Source: Clostridia bacterium
GTDB lineage: Bacteria > Bacillota > Clostridia > TANB77 > CAG-508
Assembly (NCBI GenBank): GCA_022793875.1
Contig: JAAWDR010000026.1
Span: 26,296 to 90,295, forward strand
Direction of reading: 5' to 3'
Length of the DNA stretch: 64,000 nucleotides
Shown one piece after another: positions 9,478 to 19,600 of this stretch (within the stretch, counting starts at the first letter, position 1; each line of letters opens with the position of its first letter). A program made the translations under genes and the position numbers. The notes under the pieces were generated by a model. It made no database searches. It saw nothing but the letters and a program-made list of their open reading frames with translations, and was not told where the DNA came from.

Positions 9478-9498
9478 ATATACTTTTCATTATAGGAG

Positions 9499-9507
9499 TG
9501 ATATAAT
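9499..9507 (+). promoter_or_regulatory. Extended -10 promoter upstream of cassette array 1
   Basis: TGATATAAT about 15 nt before the first array motif at 9523. Confidence 0.5.
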
Positions 9508-9552
9508 TACTAATAGTAAGAGAAATAGTAATTTTGAGAAAGGAATTTATAT

Positions 9553-9753
9553 ATGTGTAAATGTTGTGAAGAAATAGAAAATTGGAAAGAAATTAATCAA
9601 AATAATGAAAATATAACAAGCAAAATATTCGCCGAATTGTCTATTCGTAGTTGGAGAAAAGGAGAGAAAAAAGTTAGAGGAAATGAATTTAGTAATGTAA
9701 CTACTAACCAATACGAATTAAGGTATTGTCCTTTATGTGGAAAAAAACAATAA
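9553..9753 (+). CDS. Small Cys-rich zinc-ribbon-like protein
   Basis: MCKCC ... YCPLCG, 66 aa, AAGGA RBS. Confidence 0.7.
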   Translation: MCKCCEEIENWKEINQNNENITSKIFAELSIRSWRKGEKKVRGNEFSNVTTNQYELRYCPLCGKKQ

Positions 9754-9822
9754 GAATAGTAAATGCTTTTTATAATTTAATTAGAACTAAAATAAAATTA
9801 GTAATTTATCGAGGAGATAGAA

Positions 9823-10476
9823 ATGAGAATTTTTAGTGCATTAATTTTAGGATTGATAAGAAACATATTTCCATTAATATTAGCATTATTTGCTGTAATA
9901 AGGGTATCGAAAATACAATCAATCAGTAGAAAAAATAAAATTATATTAAGTATTATTATCTTATTTTGTATATTTATAATAAGTAATTTGATTTGGCGTT
10001 ATCAAGGGGATTTTGAAACAATTCTTATGCTATATGCGATTTTTATATTATTGGTATACATAGGACCAGTGGTTCTGTTAGTATTTGCTATAAAATGGAT
10101 AATAAAAACAACTTCTATAAGTAAAAAATTTAAAATAATACTGCTTGTTATTATTTCAATTTGTGTTTGTATTATTCTAAGTAATTATAGAAATGAAACG
10201 ATTGATGAAAAATATATAAAACTAAATGAAATTGTTAATAATGAAAGTCTTATTGGATTATCAGAAGATGAAGTGGTTGAATTATTAGGAAAACCAGGTT
10301 ACATAGATACTGATCCTAGACAAGGATTTACTTTTTATGAATATGGTGCAGGAACAATATATGAAGAATGGTTTTGGGGAAAATGTTATAAAACAAAATA
10401 TTATCGATTAACTATTTTATTTGATAAAAATGGTATTGCAAAAATTGCTTCTATAAAAGACATTACAGATTTATAG
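9823..10476 (+). CDS. Membrane protein with C-terminal BamE/SmpA-like segment
   Basis: Four TM helices then IGLSEDEVVELLGKP motif. Confidence 0.65.
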   Translation: MRIFSALILGLIRNIFPLILALFAVIRVSKIQSISRKNKIILSIIILFCIFIISNLIWRYQGDFETILMLYAIFILLVYIGPVVLLVFAIKWIIKTTSISKKFKIILLVIISICVCIILSNYRNETIDEKYIKLNEIVNNESLIGLSEDEVVELLGKPGYIDTDPRQGFTFYEYGAGTIYEEWFWGKCYKTKYYRLTILFDKNGIAKIASIKDITDL

Positions 10477-10539
10477 AAGATTGTACTGATTAAAAGAGAT
10501 CAGAGAAAAATTACAAATTGTCGAGTAGGAGAAAATGAT

Positions 10540-11010
10540 TTGAAAACCTTAATAATTTATGCTAGTAAAACAGGAACAACAGAAAAATGTGCTAAAGAAA
10601 TAAATAGGCAGTTAAAAGATTCTAAAATAGTAAATATATTAAATCAAAATGAAGATATAAATGAATATGATTTAATTATTATTGGTACGCCAATTAGAAT
10701 GGGAATGATAGACAAAAAAATAAGAAAGTTTTTGATTAGTAATATTGAAAATTTAAAATCAAAAAAGGTAGCATATTTTATTTGTTGTGGTTTTAATGAA
10801 AATTGGAAAAGTTATTATGAACAAAATATTCCAAAAGATTTATTAGATACTGCTATTATTTATGATACTTTTGGAGGAGAAATGGATATACAAAAACAAA
10901 AAGGATTCGATAAATTTATTACAAAGATGGTAAGCAAAAACATAGAAAAAGATAAAGAAATAAAAATCTTAAATGAAAATATTGATAAATTTATAAAAGC
11001 ATTAAGTTAG
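10540..11010 (+). CDS. Flavodoxin-domain protein (HemG-like)
   Basis: IIYASKTGTTEKCA FMN-binding loop, YDLIIIGTPI; TTG start. Confidence 0.85.
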   Translation: MKTLIIYASKTGTTEKCAKEINRQLKDSKIVNILNQNEDINEYDLIIIGTPIRMGMIDKKIRKFLISNIENLKSKKVAYFICCGFNENWKSYYEQNIPKDLLDTAIIYDTFGGEMDIQKQKGFDKFITKMVSKNIEKDKEIKILNENIDKFIKALS

Positions 11011-11036
11011 TGAAAAATTACAATAAGTAGAGAGGG

Positions 11037-11645
11037 GTGATTTTTATGCCTAAAATACATTGGATAGGAATTATAGAAGAAAATAAAATAAGAGAGTATC
11101 AAAGAGGCAGTTTAGATTCTAAAGCAATAAAAATTAAAATGCCTAAAAATATGAATGAACTTATGATTAAAGGGTTACCATTTTTGATTCCTGCATTTAT
11201 TATTATGTTTGTATCTATGAATATAAAAACTGTTATAAATCAACAAAATATAGTTAATAGACCATTTATATTAGTTGGTGCGATTATAGGCTTTATTCTT
11301 TTATTAGTACACGAATACTTACATTCAATAGTATATCCAAAAGAAGCTAACTCTTATATTGGAATTGCAAAACCTATTACATTTGTATCTTTAACATCAT
11401 ATCCATTATCAAAGAGAAGATTTATTGTTATGAGTTTGTTACCATATATATTAGGAATAATTCCTCTTATATTATTTTGGTTATGCCCTGCAAGTTTAAC
11501 AGAATTAAATGGTATATTTTTTGGAATGGCTTGTATGGGAATGGCTAGTCCTTATCCAGATTCATATACAGTCTACCAAATAATAAAACAAGTTCCTGAA
11601 AATAAGAAAATACAAAATTACGAAGATGATATTTACTATATTTAG
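11037..11645 (+). CDS. DUF3267-like membrane zinc metalloprotease
   Basis: HEYLH motif within TM region, R..FIVMSLLP, downstream Asp. Confidence 0.75.
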   Translation: MIFMPKIHWIGIIEENKIREYQRGSLDSKAIKIKMPKNMNELMIKGLPFLIPAFIIMFVSMNIKTVINQQNIVNRPFILVGAIIGFILLLVHEYLHSIVYPKEANSYIGIAKPITFVSLTSYPLSKRRFIVMSLLPYILGIIPLILFWLCPASLTELNGIFFGMACMGMASPYPDSYTVYQIIKQVPENKKIQNYEDDIYYI

Positions 11646-11703
11646 TAACAAAAAATTACAATTTGTGATTTTGTTACTTATATTTAATAAAATTATAAAA
11701 AAT

Positions 11704-11732
11704 TGAAACTTTTTTGAAAGTTACTTGTCTGT
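11704..11732 (+). promoter_or_regulatory. Putative ECF-sigma promoter
   Basis: TGAAACT-N16-GTCT upstream of an ECF gene. Confidence 0.5.
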
Positions 11733-11753
11733 TATAGTGAAAGCAGGTAAAAA

Positions 11754-13250
11754 ATGGAGAAAGATGTAGATAAAAAATTATATAATGATTATTTAGATGG
11801 ACAAAAAGAAGCTTTTGAGTTCTTATATAACAAATATAAAAAAAGAATTGAATATTTTATTTTTAATATTGTAAAAGATTATCAAAAAGCAGAAGATCTT
11901 ACACAAGAAACTTTTATATATGTTATGCAAAACAAAATGAAAGAAAATGTTTCTTTTAAATATTATATTTATATGGTAGCAAAAAGTAGAGCAATAAATC
12001 ATATAAAAATAGAAAAGAGAAGAACGGAAATAACAGAAGAATATTTATATAATTTTACTGAAAATATTGAAAAAGATGTATTAGAAGTTATAACTAAAGA
12101 AGAAACAAAAAAAGAAGTTATTGAAGCAATAGAATTGTTAGATGAGAAATACAAAAATGCAATATATTTAGTAAAAATTGAAGAATTATCTTATGAAGAA
12201 ACTTCCAAAATACTAGGTCAAACTCTCCAAAACACAAAAAACTTAATTCATAGAGGTAAAAAAGAATTAAGAAGAATCCTGCTAAAGAAAGGATTTGATG
12301 ATATGAATAAAATACTAAAAGTAGTTATTGTCATTCTTTGTATAACAGTAAGTTTAACAGGAATAACATTTGCAGGAGTTACAATTTATAATACATTTAT
12401 AAAAAAACAAGATAAAATAGAAACAAGAGGATTATTTGATGATGGTAGAGGATATACAGATTATGAAACAGACTTAATGGCTAATGATATGACTTGGCAA
12501 GATGATGTAAGATTATATTATAGAACAATAACAAATTCTAATGATTACGAAAAATACAAATCAAGAATATCAACATTTCCAGAGATTTCTGAAATTAATT
12601 TTAATGAAAATTTCATTGTAATTATTGCAAATGAAAATTATAGAGATTTTGATGAAATTGATATGGAAATTTCAAATGTTTATGCTGATGAAACTACAAC
12701 TAATATCATAATGAAACAAAAAGAAAGTCCAAATATGAACGATACAACAAATGTATGGTATGCTATTGTTGATAATTCACAATTAAAAGATAATGTAAAG
12801 ATAACAATAGAACACAAAGAGTTTAGGAATGAGAATGTTATAGAAATCTCAAAATTACCTTTGGATTATTCTGTTAATACAGCAATAGAAGATGGTTGCT
12901 TTACATTGAAAAATAATAAAGTAGTATCTTCTAATGAAAATCAACTAGATGAGTTCATAGAAAAAACACAAAAAGGAGAAAATAGTTTTATAAGGGTATA
13001 TAGTAACTATGAAGGAGAAATTACTATAATAGATGTAAATTTTGAAAATGGAATATATTATACTGATACAATAGTTCTAGGTACTGAAAGAAAATATCAT
13101 AATACATATAAAAATTTAAAAAGAGAAGAAATTAGAAATGGTAATTATAAAGATATTGAATATGTATTTTATGAGGGTAGAAATCCTAATGGAGGATCTC
13201 CTTTGGTAATTATTCAAAATTGGTTAGAAGATTATAGAAAAAAATCATAA
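11754..13250 (+). CDS. ECF sigma factor fused in frame to TM helix and extracellular domain
   Basis: AEDLTQETF (region 2), LSYEETSKILG..TKNLIHRGKKEL (region 4), then a TM helix and about 290 aa extracellular part. Confidence 0.85.
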   Translation: MEKDVDKKLYNDYLDGQKEAFEFLYNKYKKRIEYFIFNIVKDYQKAEDLTQETFIYVMQNKMKENVSFKYYIYMVAKSRAINHIKIEKRRTEITEEYLYNFTENIEKDVLEVITKEETKKEVIEAIELLDEKYKNAIYLVKIEELSYEETSKILGQTLQNTKNLIHRGKKELRRILLKKGFDDMNKILKVVIVILCITVSLTGITFAGVTIYNTFIKKQDKIETRGLFDDGRGYTDYETDLMANDMTWQDDVRLYYRTITNSNDYEKYKSRISTFPEISEINFNENFIVIIANENYRDFDEIDMEISNVYADETTTNIIMKQKESPNMNDTTNVWYAIVDNSQLKDNVKITIEHKEFRNENVIEISKLPLDYSVNTAIEDGCFTLKNNKVVSSNENQLDEFIEKTQKGENSFIRVYSNYEGEITIIDVNFENGIYYTDTIVLGTERKYHNTYKNLKREEIRNGNYKDIEYVFYEGRNPNGGSPLVIIQNWLEDYRKKS

Positions 13251-13253
13251 ATT

Positions 13254-13901
13254 ATGTTTTGTAAGGGAGATAAAACAGTGAATAAAGAAAAAGGGTTAAA
13301 AATAATTGTTGTTTTAGCAATAATAATCGATTTAATAACTTTTGGAAGTTTAATATATAGCAATAATAGATTAAAGCAAGAAATAGCATATTTGAAATAT
13401 GATTATAAAGAATTACAAGATGGTGTATTACAGCAAAAAGAAAATATATCTAATATTAAATCGAATGTTGATGAAATAGTTGAATTTGTTAATAAAGAAA
13501 AAGAACAGAAAAAAATTGAAAGTGATCCATACTATAAAGCTGTTAATGATTTAGATAGTACAATATTTTTAACAGATTTTGAAAATTATATACCAAATAA
13601 TAATGATGTAAAAATAACAGAGAAAAAAGCAAAAGAAATTGCTCAAAAAGGATTTGAAGAATCCAAAAGTAGAATTGCTAGAGAAGGAACCGACGATATT
13701 GATTCAGAAACAATAAAAATAGAAGAAATTGTTGCAAATAATTATTTTACTAGATATTATTATCAAGGAAATGAATTTTATGATAATATAAAAAGAAAAT
13801 GTTATGCTATTCAAAGAGAAAATGATATGGGATGTGGAGTTACGATTTATGTTGATGTAACAACAGGATTGATAATTGCAGGTAGAGCATTTGGAGATTA
13901 A
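13254..13901 (+). CDS. Membrane-anchored protein with C-terminal PepSY-like domain
   Basis: TM, coiled coil, ITEKKAKEIA ... IYVDVTTGLII; C-terminus homologous to that of 57461-58723. Confidence 0.7.
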   Translation: MFCKGDKTVNKEKGLKIIVVLAIIIDLITFGSLIYSNNRLKQEIAYLKYDYKELQDGVLQQKENISNIKSNVDEIVEFVNKEKEQKKIESDPYYKAVNDLDSTIFLTDFENYIPNNNDVKITEKKAKEIAQKGFEESKSRIAREGTDDIDSETIKIEEIVANNYFTRYYYQGNEFYDNIKRKCYAIQRENDMGCGVTIYVDVTTGLIIAGRAFGD

Positions 13902-13960
13902 TAATAAATTACAATTTTGAAGTTAGATATAAAATAGCATTAAATTAATTTTAAATATAT

Positions 13961-13993
13961 GAAAGCCGATTTTGATTTTGGCTTTTATTTTTT
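13961..13993 (+). terminator. Intrinsic terminator
   Basis: AAAGCCGA/TTGGCTTT stem followed by T-tract. Confidence 0.6.
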
Positions 13994-14069
13994 GCCAAAA
14001 ATAGACAAATTTATTGAGGAAAAAAACGATTTGTGATACAATAACTACTGGAAGGAGTACAATAGGAAA

Positions 14070-15527
14070 ATGGATAATAATATAAAATCAATAATAGATA
14101 AAATATGGTTAGTATTTCATTCAGGAGGAGTAGCAAATCCTTTAACTTGTATAGAGCAAATTACATATTTGCTATTTATTAAAGGATTAGATGATATAGA
14201 ATTAAAAAATGAAAGAGATGATGTTCTTTTAGGTATAAAATCTAAGAGAATATTTGACGAACAACATCAAGATTGTAGATGGAGTATTTTCAAAGATTAT
14301 GAAGCTTCAAGAATGTTTAAAGTAATGCAAGAGAAAGTATTTCCATTTATTAAAAGCTTGGGTAGTGATAAAGATTCAAGTTATGCTAAATATATGGAAG
14401 ACGCAATGTTTTTAGTACCTACACCAATAGTATTACAAAAAGTTGTTACTTCAATAGATAAAATAGATATGAGTGGTAGAGATACAAAGGGAGATTTATA
14501 TGAATATTTATTATCTAAATTATCTACTGCAGGAACAAACGGACAATTTAGAACACCTAGACACATTATAAAAATGATGGTTGAATTAATGAAACCTAAT
14601 AGCAAAGATGTAATAGTAGATCCTGCTTGTGGAAGTGCAGGTTTTTTAGTTGAAGCAGGGGAATATTTGAGAAATAATGAAGAGAATTTATTCAATCACG
14701 AAGAGAGTTTGCAACATTTTAATAATACAATGTTTTATGGTTTTGATATGGATAGAACAATGCTAAGAATTAGTGCAATGAATTTAATACAACACGGAAT
14801 TGAAAATCCTAATATTGAATATAAAGATTCATTATCAGAAGATAATTCAGATGAAAGTAAATATACATTAATTTTAGCAAATCCACCATTTAAAGGTTCT
14901 ATAAATAGCGATATAACATCAAAGAAATTATTAGATATGACAAATAAGACAAAGAAAACAGAATTATTATTTTTAGCATTATTCTTAAAAATACTAAAAA
15001 TAGGTGGTAGATGTGCTTCAATTGTACCAGATGGAGTATTATTTGGAAGTTCTAATGCTCATAAGGCAATAAGAAAAGAATTAATAGAAAATCATAAATT
15101 AGAAGCAGTTATTTCAATGCCAAGTGGTGTATTTAAGCCATACGCAGGAGTATCAACAGCTATTTTAATATTTACGAAAACAAATGCAGGTGGAACAGAT
15201 AAAGTGTGGTTTTATGATATGACAGCAGATGGATATAGCTTAGATGATAAAAGACAACCTGTAAATGAAAATGATATACCAGATATTATTGAAAGATATG
15301 ATAATAGATTTTCAGAAGAAGAACAGAACAGATTAAAAACTGAAAAATCTTTCTTTGTTACAAAAGAAGAAATTGTGAATAATGGATATGATTTATCAAT
15401 AAATAAATATAAAGAAATAATTGTTGAAGAAAAAGAGTATGAAGATCCAAAAATAATTTTAAAAAGATTAAGAGAGAAAGAAAAAGAGTTTTTAAAATGT
15501 TTAGATGAATTAGAGGAAATGTTATGA
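14070..15527 (+). CDS. hsdM: Type I R-M methyltransferase subunit
   Basis: GQFRTPRHI, DPACGSAGF, NPPF motifs. Confidence 0.95.
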   Translation: MDNNIKSIIDKIWLVFHSGGVANPLTCIEQITYLLFIKGLDDIELKNERDDVLLGIKSKRIFDEQHQDCRWSIFKDYEASRMFKVMQEKVFPFIKSLGSDKDSSYAKYMEDAMFLVPTPIVLQKVVTSIDKIDMSGRDTKGDLYEYLLSKLSTAGTNGQFRTPRHIIKMMVELMKPNSKDVIVDPACGSAGFLVEAGEYLRNNEENLFNHEESLQHFNNTMFYGFDMDRTMLRISAMNLIQHGIENPNIEYKDSLSEDNSDESKYTLILANPPFKGSINSDITSKKLLDMTNKTKKTELLFLALFLKILKIGGRCASIVPDGVLFGSSNAHKAIRKELIENHKLEAVISMPSGVFKPYAGVSTAILIFTKTNAGGTDKVWFYDMTADGYSLDDKRQPVNENDIPDIIERYDNRFSEEEQNRLKTEKSFFVTKEEIVNNGYDLSINKYKEIIVEEKEYEDPKIILKRLREKEKEFLKCLDELEEML

Positions 15528-16663
15528 TAAGTAAAATGAAATTGAAAGATGTAGGAATAATAGTAACAGGAAATACACCAAGCAAGAAAAATAAAGATTA
15601 CTATGATTCAAATGATATTAATTTCTTTACGCCTACAGATTTTGAAGATGGTAGAATAAATGATTTTGAAGAATCAGTAAATTATATTTCAAACAATGCA
15701 AAAGAAAAAGCAAGAATACTACCAAAAGGAAGTGTACTTGTAACTTGTATAGGAATAATAGGAAAAGTAGGAATAGTAGAAAAAGAAAGTGCATTTAATC
15801 AACAAATAAATGCTATTATACCAAATAAAGATATTATAGATAATAGATATTTAGCTTATTGGTTAATATCAAAAGCAGATTATTTAAGAAAAAAAGCTAA
15901 TGCACCAGTTGTTCCAATAATAAATAAAACAGACTTCCAGGAATTAGAGATAGTTGTTCCTGATATGGAAACGCAAAAGGAAATAGTAAATAAATTAAAT
16001 AAAATGCAAAAACTAATAGATTTAAAGGAAGAACAAAAATGTTTATTTGAAGATTTAATTAAATCTCAGTTTGTCGAGATGTTTGGTGATTTAGAAATCA
16101 ATAATAAAAAATGGAAGATTGTAAATATTTTAGAAGTTGCAAGTATAGATACAAATATGACTAAGGACTTTGAAAAGTATGCAGAATTACCACATATAGG
16201 AATAGAAAATATAGAAAAGAATACAGGCAAGTTAATCAATTATATTAGTGTAGAAAAATCTAATTTAACAAGTGGAAAATACATATTTGATGAAAGACAC
16301 ATTATTTATAGTAAGATAAGACCAAATCTCAATAAAGTTGCTACACCTGATTTTAAAGGATTATGTTCAGCAGATTCTTATCCGATATTAACTAATGAAA
16401 AATGCAAGAAGGAATATTTAGTGTTTGTGTTAAGATCAGATTATTTTTTGAATTATATTTTGAGTTATAGTTCAAGAACTAATATACCTAAGGTTAATAA
16501 GGAACAATTAAGTGGATTTGATTTTCCATTACCACCAATAGAACTACAAAATCAATTTGCAGATTTTGTTAAACAAATCGATAAACAGAAATTTGAAATA
16601 CAAAAAAACTTAGAAGAAATGAAAAAAACAAAAGAAAATTTAATGAATAAATATTTTAATTAG
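15524..16663 (+). CDS. hsdS: Type I R-M specificity subunit
   Basis: Two TRDs with conserved spacers (VPDMETQKEIV, LPPIELQNQF). Confidence 0.93.
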   Translation: MISKMKLKDVGIIVTGNTPSKKNKDYYDSNDINFFTPTDFEDGRINDFEESVNYISNNAKEKARILPKGSVLVTCIGIIGKVGIVEKESAFNQQINAIIPNKDIIDNRYLAYWLISKADYLRKKANAPVVPIINKTDFQELEIVVPDMETQKEIVNKLNKMQKLIDLKEEQKCLFEDLIKSQFVEMFGDLEINNKKWKIVNILEVASIDTNMTKDFEKYAELPHIGIENIEKNTGKLINYISVEKSNLTSGKYIFDERHIIYSKIRPNLNKVATPDFKGLCSADSYPILTNEKCKKEYLVFVLRSDYFLNYILSYSSRTNIPKVNKEQLSGFDFPLPPIELQNQFADFVKQIDKQKFEIQKNLEEMKKTKENLMNKYFN

Positions 16664-16673
16664 GGGAAGAAAT

Positions 16674-19600
16674 ATGTCAAATTTTGATTTTTTAGAAAAT
16701 AATAAATTATTTAGAAGTTTTGCAAAGGCAAGTATTGAAGCAGAAAAAGGATTAGAAACAAATCCAGTAACGTGTATTATGCTTAGTAGAAAAGCTTTAG
16801 AATTAGGGGTAAAGTGGTTATATGCTAATGATAAATTATTGATTATGCCATATCAAAACAATTTATCATCACTTATACATACAATAACTTTTAAAAATAT
16901 AGTAAATGAAGATGTAAGAAAAGGAATTGATTTTATTGTTAAAAAAGGAAATTTTGTAATTCATACAAATAGCAATATTTCAAGAGATGAAGCAATCCTA
17001 GTATTAAAATGTTTATTTAGTTTTATGAAATGGATATATTTTAATTATGACCAAAATTATGAAGAAATTGAATTTGATATAAACAAACTTCCAGAAGAAA
17101 GCAATGAAAATTTAAAACTAGCAGAAAGAGAAAAATTAGAGCAAGAATTAGAAGAACAAACTAAGAAGCTAGAAGATACTTTAAAGGAAAATGAAGAGTT
17201 AAGAAAGCAATTAACAGAAGAAAGAGAAAGTAAGCAAAAGAGTAAAAATTTCGAGATAAAGGACTTATCAGAATTTGAAACAAGAAAACAATTCATTGAT
17301 TTAGATCTACAAATATCAGGTTGGGATTTTAATGAAAATATTACAGAAGAACTAGAAGTACAAGGAATGAAAAATGCTGAAGGAATAGGATATGTAGATT
17401 ATGTATTATTTGGTAAAAATGGATTGCCGTTAGCAGTAGTTGAAGCAAAAAGAAGTAGTAAAAATGCTCACGAAGGAAAACAACAAGCTAGTCTTTATGC
17501 AGACTGTTTAGAAGAAAAATATGGACAAAGACCTGTTATATATTATACAAATGGAATAGAAATTTATTTTTGGGATAATTTAGATTATCCAGAAAGAAGA
17601 GTGCAAGGATTCCACACGCAAGACGAATTACAAAGATTAGTAAATAGAAGAAAAGCAAAACAAAGTTTAGAACATATTTTTATAGATACAAAAATTACTG
17701 ATAGACCATATCAATTAGAAGCAATAAAAAGAGTATGTGAATCCTTTGAAAATAAACATAGAAAAGCATTAGTGGTTATGGCTACTGGAACTGGAAAAAC
17801 AAGAACAGCTATATCATTAGTAGATGTTTTGACTGGTAAAGGTTGGGTACAAAATATTTTATTCTTAGCAGATAGAACAGAACTAATAAAGCAAGCTAAA
17901 AAGAATTTTGTTAAATTACTTCCAGATGTTTCTTGCTGTAATTTACTAGATTCAAAAGATAGTCCAGAGGATTCAAGGATTGTTTTTTCTACATATCAAA
18001 CAATGATAAATGCAATAGACAATATGAGAAATAAAGATGGAAAAAGATTATTTACACCAGGACACTTTGATTTAATAATTATAGATGAAGCTCATAGAAG
18101 TATATACAAAAAGTATCAGTCAATATTTGAATATTTTGATGGATTATTAGTAGGATTAACAGCTACTCCAAGAAGTGATGTGGATAGAAATACATATAGT
18201 TTTTTTGAATTAGAAAACAATGTTCCTACATTTGCTTATGAATATCAAGAAGCAATAGATGATGGATATTTAGTAGATTATCATAATATTAAAACTTCAA
18301 CAGAATTTTTAGAAAGAGGAATTAAATATAGTCAGTTAAAAGATGAAGAAAAAGAAGAATATGAAAATTTATTTGAAGAAGACGAAAATGTTCCAGAGGA
18401 GATAGATTCTTCAGCAATAAATACCTGGTTATTTAATAAAGATACTATTAAGAAAATCTTAGAAACATTAATGGAAAAAGGACTAAAAGTTGAAGGTGGC
18501 GATAAGTTAGGAAAGACAATAATATTTGCAAGAAATCATAATCACGCAGAGGAAATAGAGAAAGTATTTAATTCTTTATATCCACACTATAAAGGAGATT
18601 TTGCAAGAGTAATAGATAATAAAGTAAATTATGCAGAAACATTAATAGAATTATTTGAAGATCCTAAAAAATTACCACAAATATCAATTTCAGTAGATAT
18701 GTTAGATACTGGTATAGATGTTCCAGAAATATTAAATTTAGTATTCTTCAAACCTATAAAATCAAAAGTTAAGTTCTGGCAAATGATTGGTAGAGGAACA
18801 CGTTTATGTGATAACGTATTTGGCGAAGGAGTAAACAAAAAAGAGTTTTATATTTTTGATTGTTGTAATAATTTTGAGTTTTTTGAGGAAAATGCAAAGG
18901 GAATTGAAACAGGAGCAACAGAGGGATTAACAGAAAAAATATTCAATTCAAAACTTGATTTAATTGTAGAGTTACAAAATTTAGATTATCAAAGTATAAA
19001 CCAATATGTAGAATATAGAAAAGAGCTAATACAAGAATTTTTAGAAGCTATAAACGAATTAAATGATGAAAGTTTTATTGTAAGATCTAAAAAGAAATAT
19101 ATTGACAAATATAGCAAAGTCGAAAATTGGAATAGTATATCAAGTATAGATAAAGTAGAAATAAAGGAAAATCTAACACCAATATTTATTGTTACAGATA
19201 TAGATGAATCAGCAAAAAGATTTGATAACTTAGTATATTCTTTACAAGTAAGAAAAATGAAAAATAAATATTGTAGTATGCAGATAAATAGCATTGTTTC
19301 ATTAATTGAAGAACTAAAAGAATTAGGAACTATTACACAAATAAAAGAAAAGGCAGAACTTATACAAATGACAGCAAATAGTGGATATTGGGAAAGAGCT
19401 TCATTTTTTGATATAGAGAATGTAAGAACACAGTTAAGAGATTTAATAAAATTTATAGAGAATCCACCAAGAAAGATATGGAATGTAGATATAGAAGATA
19501 CAATTATAGTAGATGAAGAACAAAAGAATATTAACAGAGATAACTTTGAAGATTATAAAAAGAAAGTTAAGAAATTTTTAGAAGGAAATATGGATAACTT

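Larger units (their letters stand above)
9523..13920 (+). mobile_element. Putative gene-cassette array 1 (AAATTACAATTT-like junctions)
   Basis: Motif at about 9523, 9796, 10508, 11015, 11653 and 13906 between unrelated genes. Confidence 0.55.

Noticed and set aside
9721-9723. AGG codons as general frameshift sites like CGG
   Set aside because: In-frame AGG occurs in apparently intact reading frames (ELRYCPLCG here, LTRIKNG at 2447) with no need for a shift.
11644-11678. Hairpin around the junction motif at 11653 as a classical attC site
   Set aside because: Only this junction has long flanking arms; the others do not, and no IntI-like gene is present, so a canonical integron is not supported.
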